Assembly (NCBI RefSeq): GCF_002945325.1
Contig: NZ_CP026606.1
Location: 1,170,001-1,202,000, forward strand
Direction: 5' to 3'
Source of the DNA: Methanococcus maripaludis
GTDB taxonomy: Archaea; AGJL01; Methanococci; Methanococcales; Methanococcaceae
DNA: 32,000 bases
A program made the translations under genes and the position numbers. The notes below the pieces were generated by a model. It had not been told where the DNA came from. It saw only the letters and a list, made by a program, of their open reading frames with translations, and searched no databases. Positions 20,357 to 29,512 of the stretch are shown piece after piece (the first letter of the stretch is position 1; every line of letters begins with the position of its first letter).

Positions 20357-21178
20357 TTATAGATCAAATTCTTTTAAAGCTTCAGGCATTTTTTGAATGA
20401 TTTCATAAATTTGCGTATCGGGGCTTGGTTTTACAAGTTCTCCTAATTTTCTATTTAGTTTACATCCAAGTATTCCTGCTTTTTCTGTTTTAAATCCACA
20501 TGCAATCAATGAAGAAGTAATTCCTGTCAGGGTATCTCCAGTTCCTCCAATGCATTCCATTGCTTCAAATTTTGGATATTCAACAGTATCTACAATATTT
20601 CCTTCATTTACAATATGGTCTTTACTTCCCTTTACAACCATATTTTTTGGCATTTTTTGTGTATATGCCATTTTGATTAGTTTTGGAATTTCTTGGTCGT
20701 CAATTTCTGAAATAAATCCCCTTACATATGCAGGGTGGGATGAATTTTCATCTGCTAAAAATGCGAGCTCTCCAACATCAGGGAAAAACATGTGAAATTT
20801 ATCCCCAATTCCTGCAGCTTTTCCAGCATACATTCCACCTGCATCACCAATGACGTTTTTTGAGAAATCAACTTTAATAATTTCAGATATTTTTGGTTTT
20901 ATGTAGTGGATAATTGTCAAATCATCATTAATTTCATGCAGTTCTTCGTAAATTTTTAAACTTCCATCTCCTTCCCCAATATCTCCCGCAGTAATGAATT
21001 TTAATTCATCTTCTTTTCCAAAATATTCCAACGTTTTAAACGCCGCACCCAAAAGAGCGCAGGTTCCCATAGATATTGGAAGTTCTTTATTTTTTATTTC
21101 AAAAGTATCTTTATTTAATTTGACAGGACCTTTGATAAGTTCCATTCCTTTTATCGGTACAGCACCTGCAATAATCAT
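20357..21178 (-). CDS. YjeF/NAD(P)HX-dehydratase-like carbohydrate kinase-fold protein
   Basis: LKGPVKL-like N terminus and GGTGDTLTGITSSLIACG ribokinase-type motif; overlaps the upstream gene by ATGA. Confidence 0.65.
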   Translation of the reverse strand: MIIAGAVPIKGMELIKGPVKLNKDTFEIKNKELPISMGTCALLGAAFKTLEYFGKEDELKFITAGDIGEGDGSLKIYEELHEINDDLTIIHYIKPKISEIIKVDFSKNVIGDAGGMYAGKAAGIGDKFHMFFPDVGELAFLADENSSHPAYVRGFISEIDDQEIPKLIKMAYTQKMPKNMVVKGSKDHIVNEGNIVDTVEYPKFEAMECIGGTGDTLTGITSSLIACGFKTEKAGILGCKLNRKLGELVKPSPDTQIYEIIQKMPEALKEFDL

Positions 21179-21747
21179 TTTGTACCCTCTAATGCAATTG
21201 TTTTCGCTTTTTCAAAAGCTTTATTGAGTGTGTATGCACACAGCGTGTATCCTAAATTTTTTGGAGTATCTTCTTCAGGTATTTTTAGAATATTCTTCCC
21301 TTTTAGTTTTAAATTTAGGTAAGGAACATCTGGACAGCCCCCTCCAGACACGTTTACAATTTTTCCAACTTTATCAATTGTAATTTTCATGTTTCCGGAT
21401 CTTACAAGAGTAAATCCATCAATTTCTTTTACTTTCACAAGATTCAGAGGTTCCATCGAAGCGTCATCTAATGATATGAATTTAACTGCATTTAAGTTAT
21501 TTTTTTCAAGTTCCCGTTTAATTCCCATTTCTTCTACAAGGTCATATTCAACTGCTAAATCACAACCTTCCCTTACTTCCTGAGGCGGAGCTACAACTTT
21601 TACAGAATAATTTTTTAAAATTCTTTCTGCAGATATGGCCTCTTTTACATTTTTAAATAATATTAATCCATTTCCCTTTTTTTCTTCTTTTTTGGGATTT
21701 AGAATTGTGTTTAATTTATTGAAAATCGAAGACATGAATGCCACCAA
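21175..21747 (-). CDS. DUF3343-domain-containing protein (putative Se/S carrier-like)
   Basis: NGLILFKNVKEAISAERILKNYSVKVVAPPQEVREGCDLAVEYDL matches the DUF3343 pattern; C-terminal extension with GGGCPDVPY. Confidence 0.65.
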   Translation of the reverse strand: MVAFMSSIFNKLNTILNPKKEEKKGNGLILFKNVKEAISAERILKNYSVKVVAPPQEVREGCDLAVEYDLVEEMGIKRELEKNNLNAVKFISLDDASMEPLNLVKVKEIDGFTLVRSGNMKITIDKVGKIVNVSGGGCPDVPYLNLKLKGKNILKIPEEDTPKNLGYTLCAYTLNKAFEKAKTIALEGTK

Positions 21748-21796
21748 GTTGAGCTAATTTTTCAAAAAAATAGTAGAAATTAATTATATTTAGTGA

Positions 21797-22270
21797 TTAT
21801 GCTAAAATTGACAGAACAAATGGAGCTACCCACATGTGGAATACTACTGCACCAACTGCTAAACCAAGTACGTATGCCATAGCAGTTTGGTTTCCTTCTC
21901 CTGCCATCACGTAGTTTCTAAATGGACATCCACCTTGAATAATTGAGAGGAATCCAACTCCAAAACCACCAATGATTGTAACTATGAAGTGTGCACCAAA
22001 GCCTAAGCTTCCTGCAGCATCTCCGGGAATTGCTGTGAGTCCTTTTGTTGCAATCCATGGGAATAATGGAAGCATTCCAATAACATTGAATATAACTGCA
22101 CCAAGTATGGCTCCTCCGACAAATCCGAGTAAACCTTTAACTAACCATGTATCTTTCATGAGGTAGTAATCCCTGATACCTCCACAAAAGCACATTGATG
22201 ATCTCTGTCCTAAGTATCCTAAAAGAATACCAAATGCCAAAGTGGCAATTGCAGGTACGTAACTCATCAT
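21797..22270 (-). CDS. YeeE/YedE-type transporter, half-size subunit 2
   Basis: GQRSSMCFCGGIRDYYLM and QGGCPFRNYVMAGEGN cysteine motifs within hydrophobic protein. Confidence 0.8.
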   Translation of the reverse strand: MMSYVPAIATLAFGILLGYLGQRSSMCFCGGIRDYYLMKDTWLVKGLLGFVGGAILGAVIFNVIGMLPLFPWIATKGLTAIPGDAAGSLGFGAHFIVTIIGGFGVGFLSIIQGGCPFRNYVMAGEGNQTAMAYVLGLAVGAVVFHMWVAPFVLSILA

Positions 22271-22289
22271 TTCACCTTTTTTTCCTTAA

Positions 22290-22745
22290 TTATGCCTTTT
22301 TTAGATATACTTCAGTAGAAACGATTACTCCGGCAGCAATACCTAAAATACCGAGTAAACCAAATAAATCTCCGTAAGCGGTTCTTAAACCCATTCTAAC
22401 TGGGCAACCACCCATTAAAAGTGCAAAGTTGAGTACTAAAAATCCAAGTATGAATCCAGTAACTAAACCATGGGTTTTTCTAATTTTGAAATCTTTGTGA
22501 ACAATTGCACCAATTAGTGCACCGATTAATAAACCAACAACAGTTAACAAAGGAATTAATTTTGATACTGGAGCCATTCCTAATGTGGTTCCAGCAACGC
22601 TATTTACGATCCAGTTCACAAGGTCTCTCGTGTGGCATGCAACACAGAGTCCGTATGCTGGAGGCGGACTTACTTTAAAGATAACTTCCAAGAGTATTGC
22701 GGAAAAACCTGCGATAAGGCCAGTCTGCAATGGTGAAACTTTCAT
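22290..22745 (-). CDS. YeeE/YedE-type transporter, half-size subunit 1
   Basis: AYGLCVACHTRDLVNW and LLMGGCPVRMGLRTAYGD cysteine motifs; adjacent to second half. Confidence 0.8.
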   Translation of the reverse strand: MKVSPLQTGLIAGFSAILLEVIFKVSPPPAYGLCVACHTRDLVNWIVNSVAGTTLGMAPVSKLIPLLTVVGLLIGALIGAIVHKDFKIRKTHGLVTGFILGFLVLNFALLMGGCPVRMGLRTAYGDLFGLLGILGIAAGVIVSTEVYLKKA

Positions 22746-22952
22746 TTAGTCACCCCTATTTCTTTAATATAGTGTTTTATATTAGATATTTTGATATGCA
22801 TTTAGTCAAAACATAATTTTTTCTGGATAATAACGTATTTATAACTATTTATTAAGTAATCTAATAATATTTAGTTAAATTAACAAAAGTATATGGGTTT
22901 AAATATGAATATATTGTTAGATTATTAAGGACATAATTAATGAGGGGTTAAA

Positions 22953-23564
22953 TTGTCGTCTTTAATATTAAATGATAAAAAAATAACATTTCTGTGTATA
23001 TTTTGCGTGGTTTTAGGAATTCCCTTTTTATCAACGTTTAAACTTGTTCCTGAAGAAAAACATATTTCTGATTTAAATGAAGGTGATTATGTAAAAATAA
23101 CTGCTAGAATACAGAAATTGGATGTACAAAAAAATGAATATCTCGAAGTTACTGGCATAAAATCTATTAAATTAATGGATGAAACCGCAGGCGATCTTTT
23201 AGTATATTTTCCAGGGGATAAATCGGATGAATTTTTAAAAATTATTCTAAAAACAACTCCGCGAATAAAAGAAGGAGATATTGTATCAGTTAGCGGAAAA
23301 ATTCAAATTTACAACGGGCGTTATGAAATAGTTTTAAACGATCCAAATGATTTTGAATTAATCAAAAAAGTGAATTTTGAACGGGATATCTTTCTTTCAA
23401 AATACAAAACAAATTATTATGCATCCAAAAACAGTAATGTGTACCACACTTTTGAAGATTGTCCGTACGGGGAGAAAATAAGCGAAAAAATTTATTTTAA
23501 AATTGAAGATGATGCGAAAATTTTAGAGTATGAAAAATGCAGTTACTGTGAAGAAAGGGATTAA
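22953..23564 (+). CDS. Membrane-anchored OB-fold protein with a C-terminal Ada-like zinc-binding module
   Basis: N-terminal TM helix; OB-like DLNEGDYVKITARIQKL...VSGKIQIYNGRYEIVLNDPNDFELI; C-terminal YYASKNSNVYHTFEDCPYGEKI...YEKCSYCEE. Confidence 0.6.
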   Translation: MSSLILNDKKITFLCIFCVVLGIPFLSTFKLVPEEKHISDLNEGDYVKITARIQKLDVQKNEYLEVTGIKSIKLMDETAGDLLVYFPGDKSDEFLKIILKTTPRIKEGDIVSVSGKIQIYNGRYEIVLNDPNDFELIKKVNFERDIFLSKYKTNYYASKNSNVYHTFEDCPYGEKISEKIYFKIEDDAKILEYEKCSYCEERD

Positions 23565-24761
23565 ATGATTAATAATTTATTCTTTTTAATTTTTGGAACA
23601 TTTACTGGCACAATTACAGGATTAATCCCTGGAATTCATCCAAATACGCTTATTCCCATTTCTATAATTTTATATCCTTATTTTGGAAGCAGTAATTATT
23701 TTAGTTTTTTAATCGGGCTTTTAATTTCACACTATTTTTTAAATTACATTCCTTCCGCATTTATCGGGGTTCCTGACGACGAATCTGCAGTAGCAGCGGT
23801 TCCAATGCACAATTTAACGATTTTGGGAAGGGGCTACGAAGCAGTAGTTCTGGCAGGTTTTGGAGCATTTTTTGGAATAATCTGTTCAATATTCCTATTT
23901 TTGATAATTTCCAGAATAAATATTGATTTTCAAAGTTTTTATTCATATTTAAAACCATTTCTTCCATATATTTTGATGTTATTTCTTTTAATTTCAGTTA
24001 TTTTTTCAAAAAATCGGGTCTGGACTACTTTAATAATTTTATTTTCAGGAATTTTGGGAATTATTGTATTTTATAAAAATCCCAGTTTTGATTATTCTTT
24101 AACCGTGATATTTACAGGAATGTTTGGAATTCCGCTTTTATTTGAAAATTTAACTAAAAAAGAACTCAAAAGCCAGTTTATCAGTTTTCCTGAACTAAAA
24201 TTGTCGTATCTAAAATCTGCAGTTTTTGGAACTTTTGGCGGATTTTTAAGGATATTTATTCCGGCAACCGGTGGCGCACAGATTAATTATTTTTTAAGTA
24301 AATTGATAAAAGAAGAAAATATCGAAAATTTTATAATTTCACAAGGTTCAATAACTCTTTCAAACGAGCTTTTTTCCATTTTGGCACTCATGATGATTGG
24401 AACTGGAAGAAGCGGAATTTCAGAAGCTATAAGAACTTTAAAAATAGAATACACTCAGTCAGAACTTTTTTCAAGCGTACTTATTGCAACAGGTATTTCT
24501 TTTCTGAGTTTAACCGTGATTTCAAAATATTTCTTACAAAACATTAATAAATTTGATTACGGGCTAATTTCAAAAGTTTTGATAGTTTTTTGCACGATTT
24601 TAGTTTTAATTCTTTCTTTTAAAGCTTATTTGATTTATCACGTTGTAATATATTTAATATCAATCTCAATCGGAGTTTTATGTGTTAAAAACAGGGTAAA
24701 TCTATCAAACATGATGGGTGTATTAATATTCCCAACAATTCTTTATTTTTTAAAAATTTAA
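23565..24761 (+). CDS. TctA-like / archaeal DUF112-type polytopic membrane protein
   Basis: GTFTGTITGLIPGIHPNTLIPISI...FIGVPDDESAVAAVPMHNLTILGRGYEAV...FIPATGGAQINYFLS; begins 1 nt after the preceding stop. Confidence 0.75.
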   Translation: MINNLFFLIFGTFTGTITGLIPGIHPNTLIPISIILYPYFGSSNYFSFLIGLLISHYFLNYIPSAFIGVPDDESAVAAVPMHNLTILGRGYEAVVLAGFGAFFGIICSIFLFLIISRINIDFQSFYSYLKPFLPYILMLFLLISVIFSKNRVWTTLIILFSGILGIIVFYKNPSFDYSLTVIFTGMFGIPLLFENLTKKELKSQFISFPELKLSYLKSAVFGTFGGFLRIFIPATGGAQINYFLSKLIKEENIENFIISQGSITLSNELFSILALMMIGTGRSGISEAIRTLKIEYTQSELFSSVLIATGISFLSLTVISKYFLQNINKFDYGLISKVLIVFCTILVLILSFKAYLIYHVVIYLISISIGVLCVKNRVNLSNMMGVLIFPTILYFLKI

Positions 24762-24768
24762 AAAAGAG

Positions 24769-25314
24769 TTATTCAATAAGATAGAAGTAATCTTCAAGCC
24801 AGCTTACATTTCCATATTCTGGATTTTTTGAGTCTAAAAACATTAATATTTCATTTACTATATTTTCTGGACCTTTTTCACTGCAGTCTATTTCAAAAAT
24901 CTTTGATTCGTCGTTTTTTTCAATAGATTCTATTAAGCAGACATCTAAAAGTTCTGCTTCAACATTTTCCTTTACTTTTTTTGGAAGATATTTTCGAGAT
25001 TCCAGCCGGTTTTTAATTAACAATGGATTTGCTCGAAGTACAACAATGTAATCAGGATTTAAATAGTGGCTGACGTGCCCATCCAGTATTATATCTTCTG
25101 TTTTAATTGAACGGATATATTCATTTAATTTATCGAAATCAACAACATAAGAATCCATTTCAACATCTTTTTCCAGATAAAATCCTTCTTTCGAAACTAT
25201 TTCAGTAATGTTTATGCAAGCGATATCTTTACCCTTTAATTGTAATTTTTCAAAGAGGAGTTTTGATACAGTAGACTTTCCAACTCCGGGAGTTCCCGTG
25301 ATTGCTATTATTAT
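24769..25314 (-). CDS. Adenylate kinase-like / Fap7-like P-loop NMP kinase, 5' extended relative to the ORF track; start codon apparently non-canonical
   Basis: Manual translation upstream of the tracked ATG (25158): (M)IIAITGTPGVGKSTVSKLLFEKLQLKGKDIACINITEIVSKEGFYLEKDVE-MDSYVVDFDKL... in one open frame; P-loop GTPGVGKST. Confidence 0.8.
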   Translation of the reverse strand: MIIAITGTPGVGKSTVSKLLFEKLQLKGKDIACINITEIVSKEGFYLEKDVEMDSYVVDFDKLNEYIRSIKTEDIILDGHVSHYLNPDYIVVLRANPLLIKNRLESRKYLPKKVKENVEAELLDVCLIESIEKNDESKIFEIDCSEKGPENIVNEILMFLDSKNPEYGNVSWLEDYFYLIE

Positions 25315-25322
25315 AATTTCAC

Positions 25323-25775
25323 CTATTCTTCAACTTCGTGAACAGGTTCTTCTGAAACGTATTTATCCATTTCAACGTCTGATTTTATTGCAAGAATCGT
25401 GTTTTCTCCAACTCTTCCAAGGCTGTAATCGAGTGTTTCGAGGTATTTTTTAAAATCGTTAAATTCTTTTATAATTGCTTCTATTGGCACTTCTTCAAGG
25501 TTAATCAATATAACATCGTGTTCTACTATATTTTTAATGTATTCAAAGTCTTGTGGCGATTTAATTCTTGTGGTAAGGACTCTTGGATAGATTTTATGTT
25601 TTATAACTTGCACTTTGTTTTCAGAAGTATCTTCCTGTATTGGGATTTTTTCAGACTCTTTGATTTCGTATGCTGAATATTCTTGGCCTATTACAACATA
25701 TTCTTCGTCTTGTACTGGAACCTGGGTTGGCAACTCTTTATTTCCCACAAATATTCTTTTTATTTTTTTAAACAT
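25323..25775 (-). CDS. sepF: Archaeal SepF-like cell division protein
   Basis: KIYPRVLTTRIKSPQDFEYIKNIVEHDVILINLEEVPIEAIIKEFNDFKKYLETLDYSLGRVGENTILAI resembles SepF core. Confidence 0.8.
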   Translation of the reverse strand: MFKKIKRIFVGNKELPTQVPVQDEEYVVIGQEYSAYEIKESEKIPIQEDTSENKVQVIKHKIYPRVLTTRIKSPQDFEYIKNIVEHDVILINLEEVPIEAIIKEFNDFKKYLETLDYSLGRVGENTILAIKSDVEMDKYVSEEPVHEVEE

Positions 25776-26141
25776 GATATTCCTCCGCCGTGGCTCATGT
25801 GCCTGAATACATGGATTTATAATACATTTATATAATGAAGTTATTTATCTTTTTTGATTAAATTTTTCTGTTTTATTAATTTTAAATAATATATGTCCAA
25901 TAAAGTGATTAAAAAGTACATAATAATTCAAAATACGGTTTAAATGGCACTTTTGAATAATTGAGATAATAAATCAAGTTTAAACAATGGGTTTTGAAAA
26001 GCAGGTATTAATTTATAAATACTATTTCAAGTAATTCTTTTACCAATAATATTAAAATAATGTTTTATTATACGTACCAATTTAATATTGATGTTACAAA
26101 GAACGAATTTAACCAAATCGCGAAAAAACGGAGGAATAATA

Positions 26142-27386
26142 ATGTTTTTAACTCTTGACGACTTTGAATTGGAAGGAAAAACGGTTGCATTGAGAGTTGA
26201 CATTAATAGCCCTATTGATGTTAATACTGGAGATATTTTAGATGATACAAGGATTAAGGCATGTAGTGATACGATAAAAAGTCTTTCAGAAAAGGGAGCA
26301 AAGGTAGTTATTTTAGCACACCAGAGCAGACCTGGAAAAAAAGATTTCACGACCCTCGAAGCTCACGCGAAAAAACTATCCGAAGTATTAAATATGGAAG
26401 TTACACACGTAGATGGATTAATCTGCGCGTCTGCACGTGAAGCAATTCTTGCAATGGATAATGGAGAAATAATACTTCTTGAAAACGTAAGGCTTCTTGC
26501 AGAAGAAGTTTTATCTGATTGGAAGTCTTGGGAAGAAATTACTCCAGAAAAACAGGCTAAAACAGTTATGATTAAGAAATTACATCCTTTTTTCGATTAT
26601 TTTGTTAACGATGCATTTGCAGCAGCTCACAGGGCTCAACCTTCTCTTGTTGGATTTTCTTACTATGTTCCAATGTTATGTGGAAGGGTTATGGAAAAAG
26701 AATTATTTACACTTACGAAAGTTCTTAAAAACCCTGAAAGACCTTGTGTATTTGCGCTTGGTGGTGCAAAAGCTGACGACAGCATCGAAGTATTAAAAAA
26801 TGTGCTTGAGAAACAGACTGCAGATCAGGTTTTAACAAGTGGAGTAGTTGCAAATATCTTTTTAGTTGCAAAAGGTTACAAAATCGGCCCAAACGAAAAT
26901 GTAATTGCAGATATGGGTTATACCAACCAGATAGAAATTGCAAAAGAGTTAATTTCAAAATATGGGGATAAAATTGTGGTTCCAATCGATGCAGCATTAA
27001 ATGTCGATGGTGAACGGGTTGAAAAAGAACTCGACTTAAACGAAGAAATAACTTACCCTATTCACGACATGGGCGAAAAAACCATGAAACTATACGAAGA
27101 AATTTTAAAAGATGCAAAAACGGTTGTTGCAAACGGACCTGCTGGAGTTTTCGAAAATAAAAATTTCTTAAAAGGAACAGAAGAACTTTTAAAAAGCACT
27201 GCAAATTCAAAAGGCTTTTCGGTTATCGGTGGAGGACACCTCTCAGCAGCTGCCGAAGTTGTAGGGTTAGCAGGAAAAATGGACCACATCAGCACTGGTG
27301 GCGGTGCATGTATCGAATTTTTAGCTGGTAAAAAACTCCCTGTAATTGAAATGCTGTCAAAATCTTACGAAAAACATAAACTTTAA
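26142..27386 (+). CDS. pgk: 3-phosphoglycerate kinase
   Basis: [61 protein letters not shown]; start at MFLTL after GGAGG rather than the tracked 26088. Confidence 0.95.
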   Translation: MFLTLDDFELEGKTVALRVDINSPIDVNTGDILDDTRIKACSDTIKSLSEKGAKVVILAHQSRPGKKDFTTLEAHAKKLSEVLNMEVTHVDGLICASAREAILAMDNGEIILLENVRLLAEEVLSDWKSWEEITPEKQAKTVMIKKLHPFFDYFVNDAFAAAHRAQPSLVGFSYYVPMLCGRVMEKELFTLTKVLKNPERPCVFALGGAKADDSIEVLKNVLEKQTADQVLTSGVVANIFLVAKGYKIGPNENVIADMGYTNQIEIAKELISKYGDKIVVPIDAALNVDGERVEKELDLNEEITYPIHDMGEKTMKLYEEILKDAKTVVANGPAGVFENKNFLKGTEELLKSTANSKGFSVIGGGHLSAAAEVVGLAGKMDHISTGGGACIEFLAGKKLPVIEMLSKSYEKHKL

Positions 27387-27533
27387 CTTCAAAATAAAAG
27401 TCGTAATGAATCGGGTTTGTTTTTTAAAATTCGGTTCAAATCAATATTTATGGAAAGTTATATATAAGAATCAACTTACTATTTTATTATTAAAATAGTT
27501 TTTTCGGACATTATAGAACAGATAGGCGATTTT

Positions 27534-28505
27534 ATGGATTTAAGCAAGCTCGCTGATGAACTCAGAAACTTTGAAGGCGTTACAAGAAAAAAAGAAATCA
27601 AAAATGTTGTTAATAATTTTAATTTTCAGGAAGATTATGACTTTGATATTGTTGTAGATTTTGGGGATGATGCAGCAATAATTGGAATCGACGACGAAAA
27701 TGCAGTTTTACTCGCGGCAGATGGAATCTGGGGAAAATTACTTGAAGCAGACCCATTTTGGGCAGGATACTGCGCAGTTTTAGTAAATGCAAATGATATT
27801 GCCGCAATGGGCGGGAGATCTATTGGAATGACAAATATTATAGGTATAAAAGACTGCGATAAAGGAAAAGATCTGTTAAAGGGCCTTAAAGAAGGGGTCA
27901 GTAAATTTGGAATACCTGTCCTCGGAGGCCACACGCACCCTGATGCACAGTGCAATGTTTTAGATATTTCAATTACAGGAATTGTAAAACGAGACCATGT
28001 TTTAAGGAGCGATGCTGCAAAAACTGGTGACAAAATCGTCTTCGCATATGATTTGGATGGAAAAATCCATGAAAAATTTAATTTAAACTGGGATACTACT
28101 TCAATGAAATCTAAAAAATACGTTAGAGACCAGTTAAAAGTTCTCGAAATAATCGGTGAAGAACACCTTGCAAACTCATGTAAGGATATAAGTAATCCGG
28201 GCGGACTTGGGACTTTAGGAATGCTTTTAGAAGTTTCAAAAAAAGGTGCAATGGTGGATGTAAGTAAAATCCCTGTTCCAGAAGATATTTCATTAAACCA
28301 CTGGCTTAAAATGTATCCTGGAAGCGGTTTTGTATTTACCGCGCCTGAAAACAAAACAAAAGAATTAATCGAAAAACTTGAATTTGCAGGAATCGAATCT
28401 GCAGTCTGCGGTGAAGTTAAAAATGATAAAAAATTCATGATAACTGACGGGACCGAAAAAACAATGTTTTTTGACTTTGATACAGAATACATCTGCGGCT
28501 GTTAA
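27534..28505 (+). CDS. Methanogenesis marker protein 2 (PurM/AIR synthase-like)
   Basis: DFGDDAAIIGI...LLAADGIWGKLLEADPFWAGYCAVLVNANDIAAMGGR...LGGHTHPDAQ; AIR-synthase-like fold. Confidence 0.85.
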   Translation: MDLSKLADELRNFEGVTRKKEIKNVVNNFNFQEDYDFDIVVDFGDDAAIIGIDDENAVLLAADGIWGKLLEADPFWAGYCAVLVNANDIAAMGGRSIGMTNIIGIKDCDKGKDLLKGLKEGVSKFGIPVLGGHTHPDAQCNVLDISITGIVKRDHVLRSDAAKTGDKIVFAYDLDGKIHEKFNLNWDTTSMKSKKYVRDQLKVLEIIGEEHLANSCKDISNPGGLGTLGMLLEVSKKGAMVDVSKIPVPEDISLNHWLKMYPGSGFVFTAPENKTKELIEKLEFAGIESAVCGEVKNDKKFMITDGTEKTMFFDFDTEYICGC

Positions 28506-28514
28506 GGGATATGC

Positions 28515-28805
28515 ATGAAAATGATGATAGATGGTGTATTTTACAACCCTGAGAAAATAGATTTTGAAAACGTTCTTCAAAAACTTGTTGAAATTTTGGG
28601 CGAAGATTTAAAAGTTCTTTCGCTTGAATTTCCAGAATTTGCGGCAATTTACGAACCTGATTGTTATTACAGGTCGGGTTTTTGTCTTGACAAGGAAATT
28701 GATGAAGAATTAAGCATTGAAGAATTAGCAAAAATTAAGGAAGAGATAATAGCAGCATTTCCAGAAGACACTATTGTCTACAGCCTTATGTGTGAAATTT
28801 TATGA
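28515..28805 (+). CDS. Small acidic hypothetical protein
   Basis: 96 aa ORF tightly packed between marker 2 and methyltransferase; 4 nt overlap with the next gene. Confidence 0.75.
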   Translation: MKMMIDGVFYNPEKIDFENVLQKLVEILGEDLKVLSLEFPEFAAIYEPDCYYRSGFCLDKEIDEELSIEELAKIKEEIIAAFPEDTIVYSLMCEIL

Positions 28806-29512
28806 ATAAATTAAAATCAGACGAAGTAAAAGCTTTTTATGAAAATTGGGACGTTTCAAAGTATCCTAATTACTTAAAACTTTTAATGGAGTTTGAAGAA
28901 AACCTTATTTTTAAGATAATTTCAGAAGATGACTTTTTTAAATCTTTATCCAAATCCCACAAAAATACTAAAATACTCGATTGCGGTTGCGGTTTTGGTT
29001 CATTTTACAACTTAACAAAAGATTTTGATACGGTTTACCTTGATTTTTCGCTGAATCTTTTAAAAAAATTTAAAATTGAAAAAAATAAAATCTGTGCAAA
29101 TATTGAAAATTTACCATTTAAGAATGGTATTTTTGATTTAATCTTGTGCATCAATGTTTTAGAGCATGTTAATTTTGAAAAAGCAGTTTTTGAAGTAAAA
29201 CGTGTTTTAAAAACAAATGGAAGAGCTTATTTTATTGTAGTAAATGCCGATTCAATAATCAATGATGAAATATTTGTTGACTGGAAAATACCTCATAATT
29301 TAATTTCAAAATCCGATTTTATTGATAATGAATCCCCTGATTTCAAAATAGAGTATATAAAATCATTTTATTTTTTACATCCATTCTTTAAGCTGTTTCC
29401 AAAACTTATTTTAAAAAGAATAATAGATTTATTTTTTAAAAATGACGAAAAGATTTCAAAGGTTTTGAAATTTAAAGGACAGTTTTTAATTTGCAAAATG
29501 GTGAAAAAATGA
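28802..29512 (+). CDS. Class I SAM-dependent methyltransferase
   Basis: ILDCGCGFGSFYNLTKDFDTVYLDFS...FDLILCINVLEHVNFEKAVFEVKRVLKTNGRAYF. Confidence 0.88.
   Translation: MNKLKSDEVKAFYENWDVSKYPNYLKLLMEFEENLIFKIISEDDFFKSLSKSHKNTKILDCGCGFGSFYNLTKDFDTVYLDFSLNLLKKFKIEKNKICANIENLPFKNGIFDLILCINVLEHVNFEKAVFEVKRVLKTNGRAYFIVVNADSIINDEIFVDWKIPHNLISKSDFIDNESPDFKIEYIKSFYFLHPFFKLFPKLILKRIIDLFFKNDEKISKVLKFKGQFLICKMVKK

Noticed and set aside
21797-22745. Possibility that the two half-size YedE genes are a frameshifted pseudogene
   Set aside because: Each has its own ATG, ribosome-binding-like sequence and pair of conserved Cys motifs, separated by a normal ~19 nt gap, so two intact subunits are more likely.
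25208-25453. Plus-strand 81 aa ORF over the sepF/adenylate kinase junction
   Set aside because: Its reverse complement encodes the P-loop of the kinase and the SepF C terminus, which explain the sequence.
26088-26141. N-terminal extension of phosphoglycerate kinase ([18 protein letters not shown])
   Set aside because: GGAGGAATAATAATG places the start at 26142 and the sequence after it aligns with the usual PGK N terminus.
26027-26350. 107 aa minus-strand ORF spanning the pgk upstream region and start
   Set aside because: Overlaps the pgk 5' end and promoter region; no recognised family and no clear ribosome-binding site.
27635-28492. Long antisense ORF (285 aa, minus strand) opposite the marker 2 gene
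   Set aside because: Entirely opposite a well-supported conserved gene, low-complexity Ser/Pro-rich translation with no recognisable domain; typical shadow ORF of biased codon usage.
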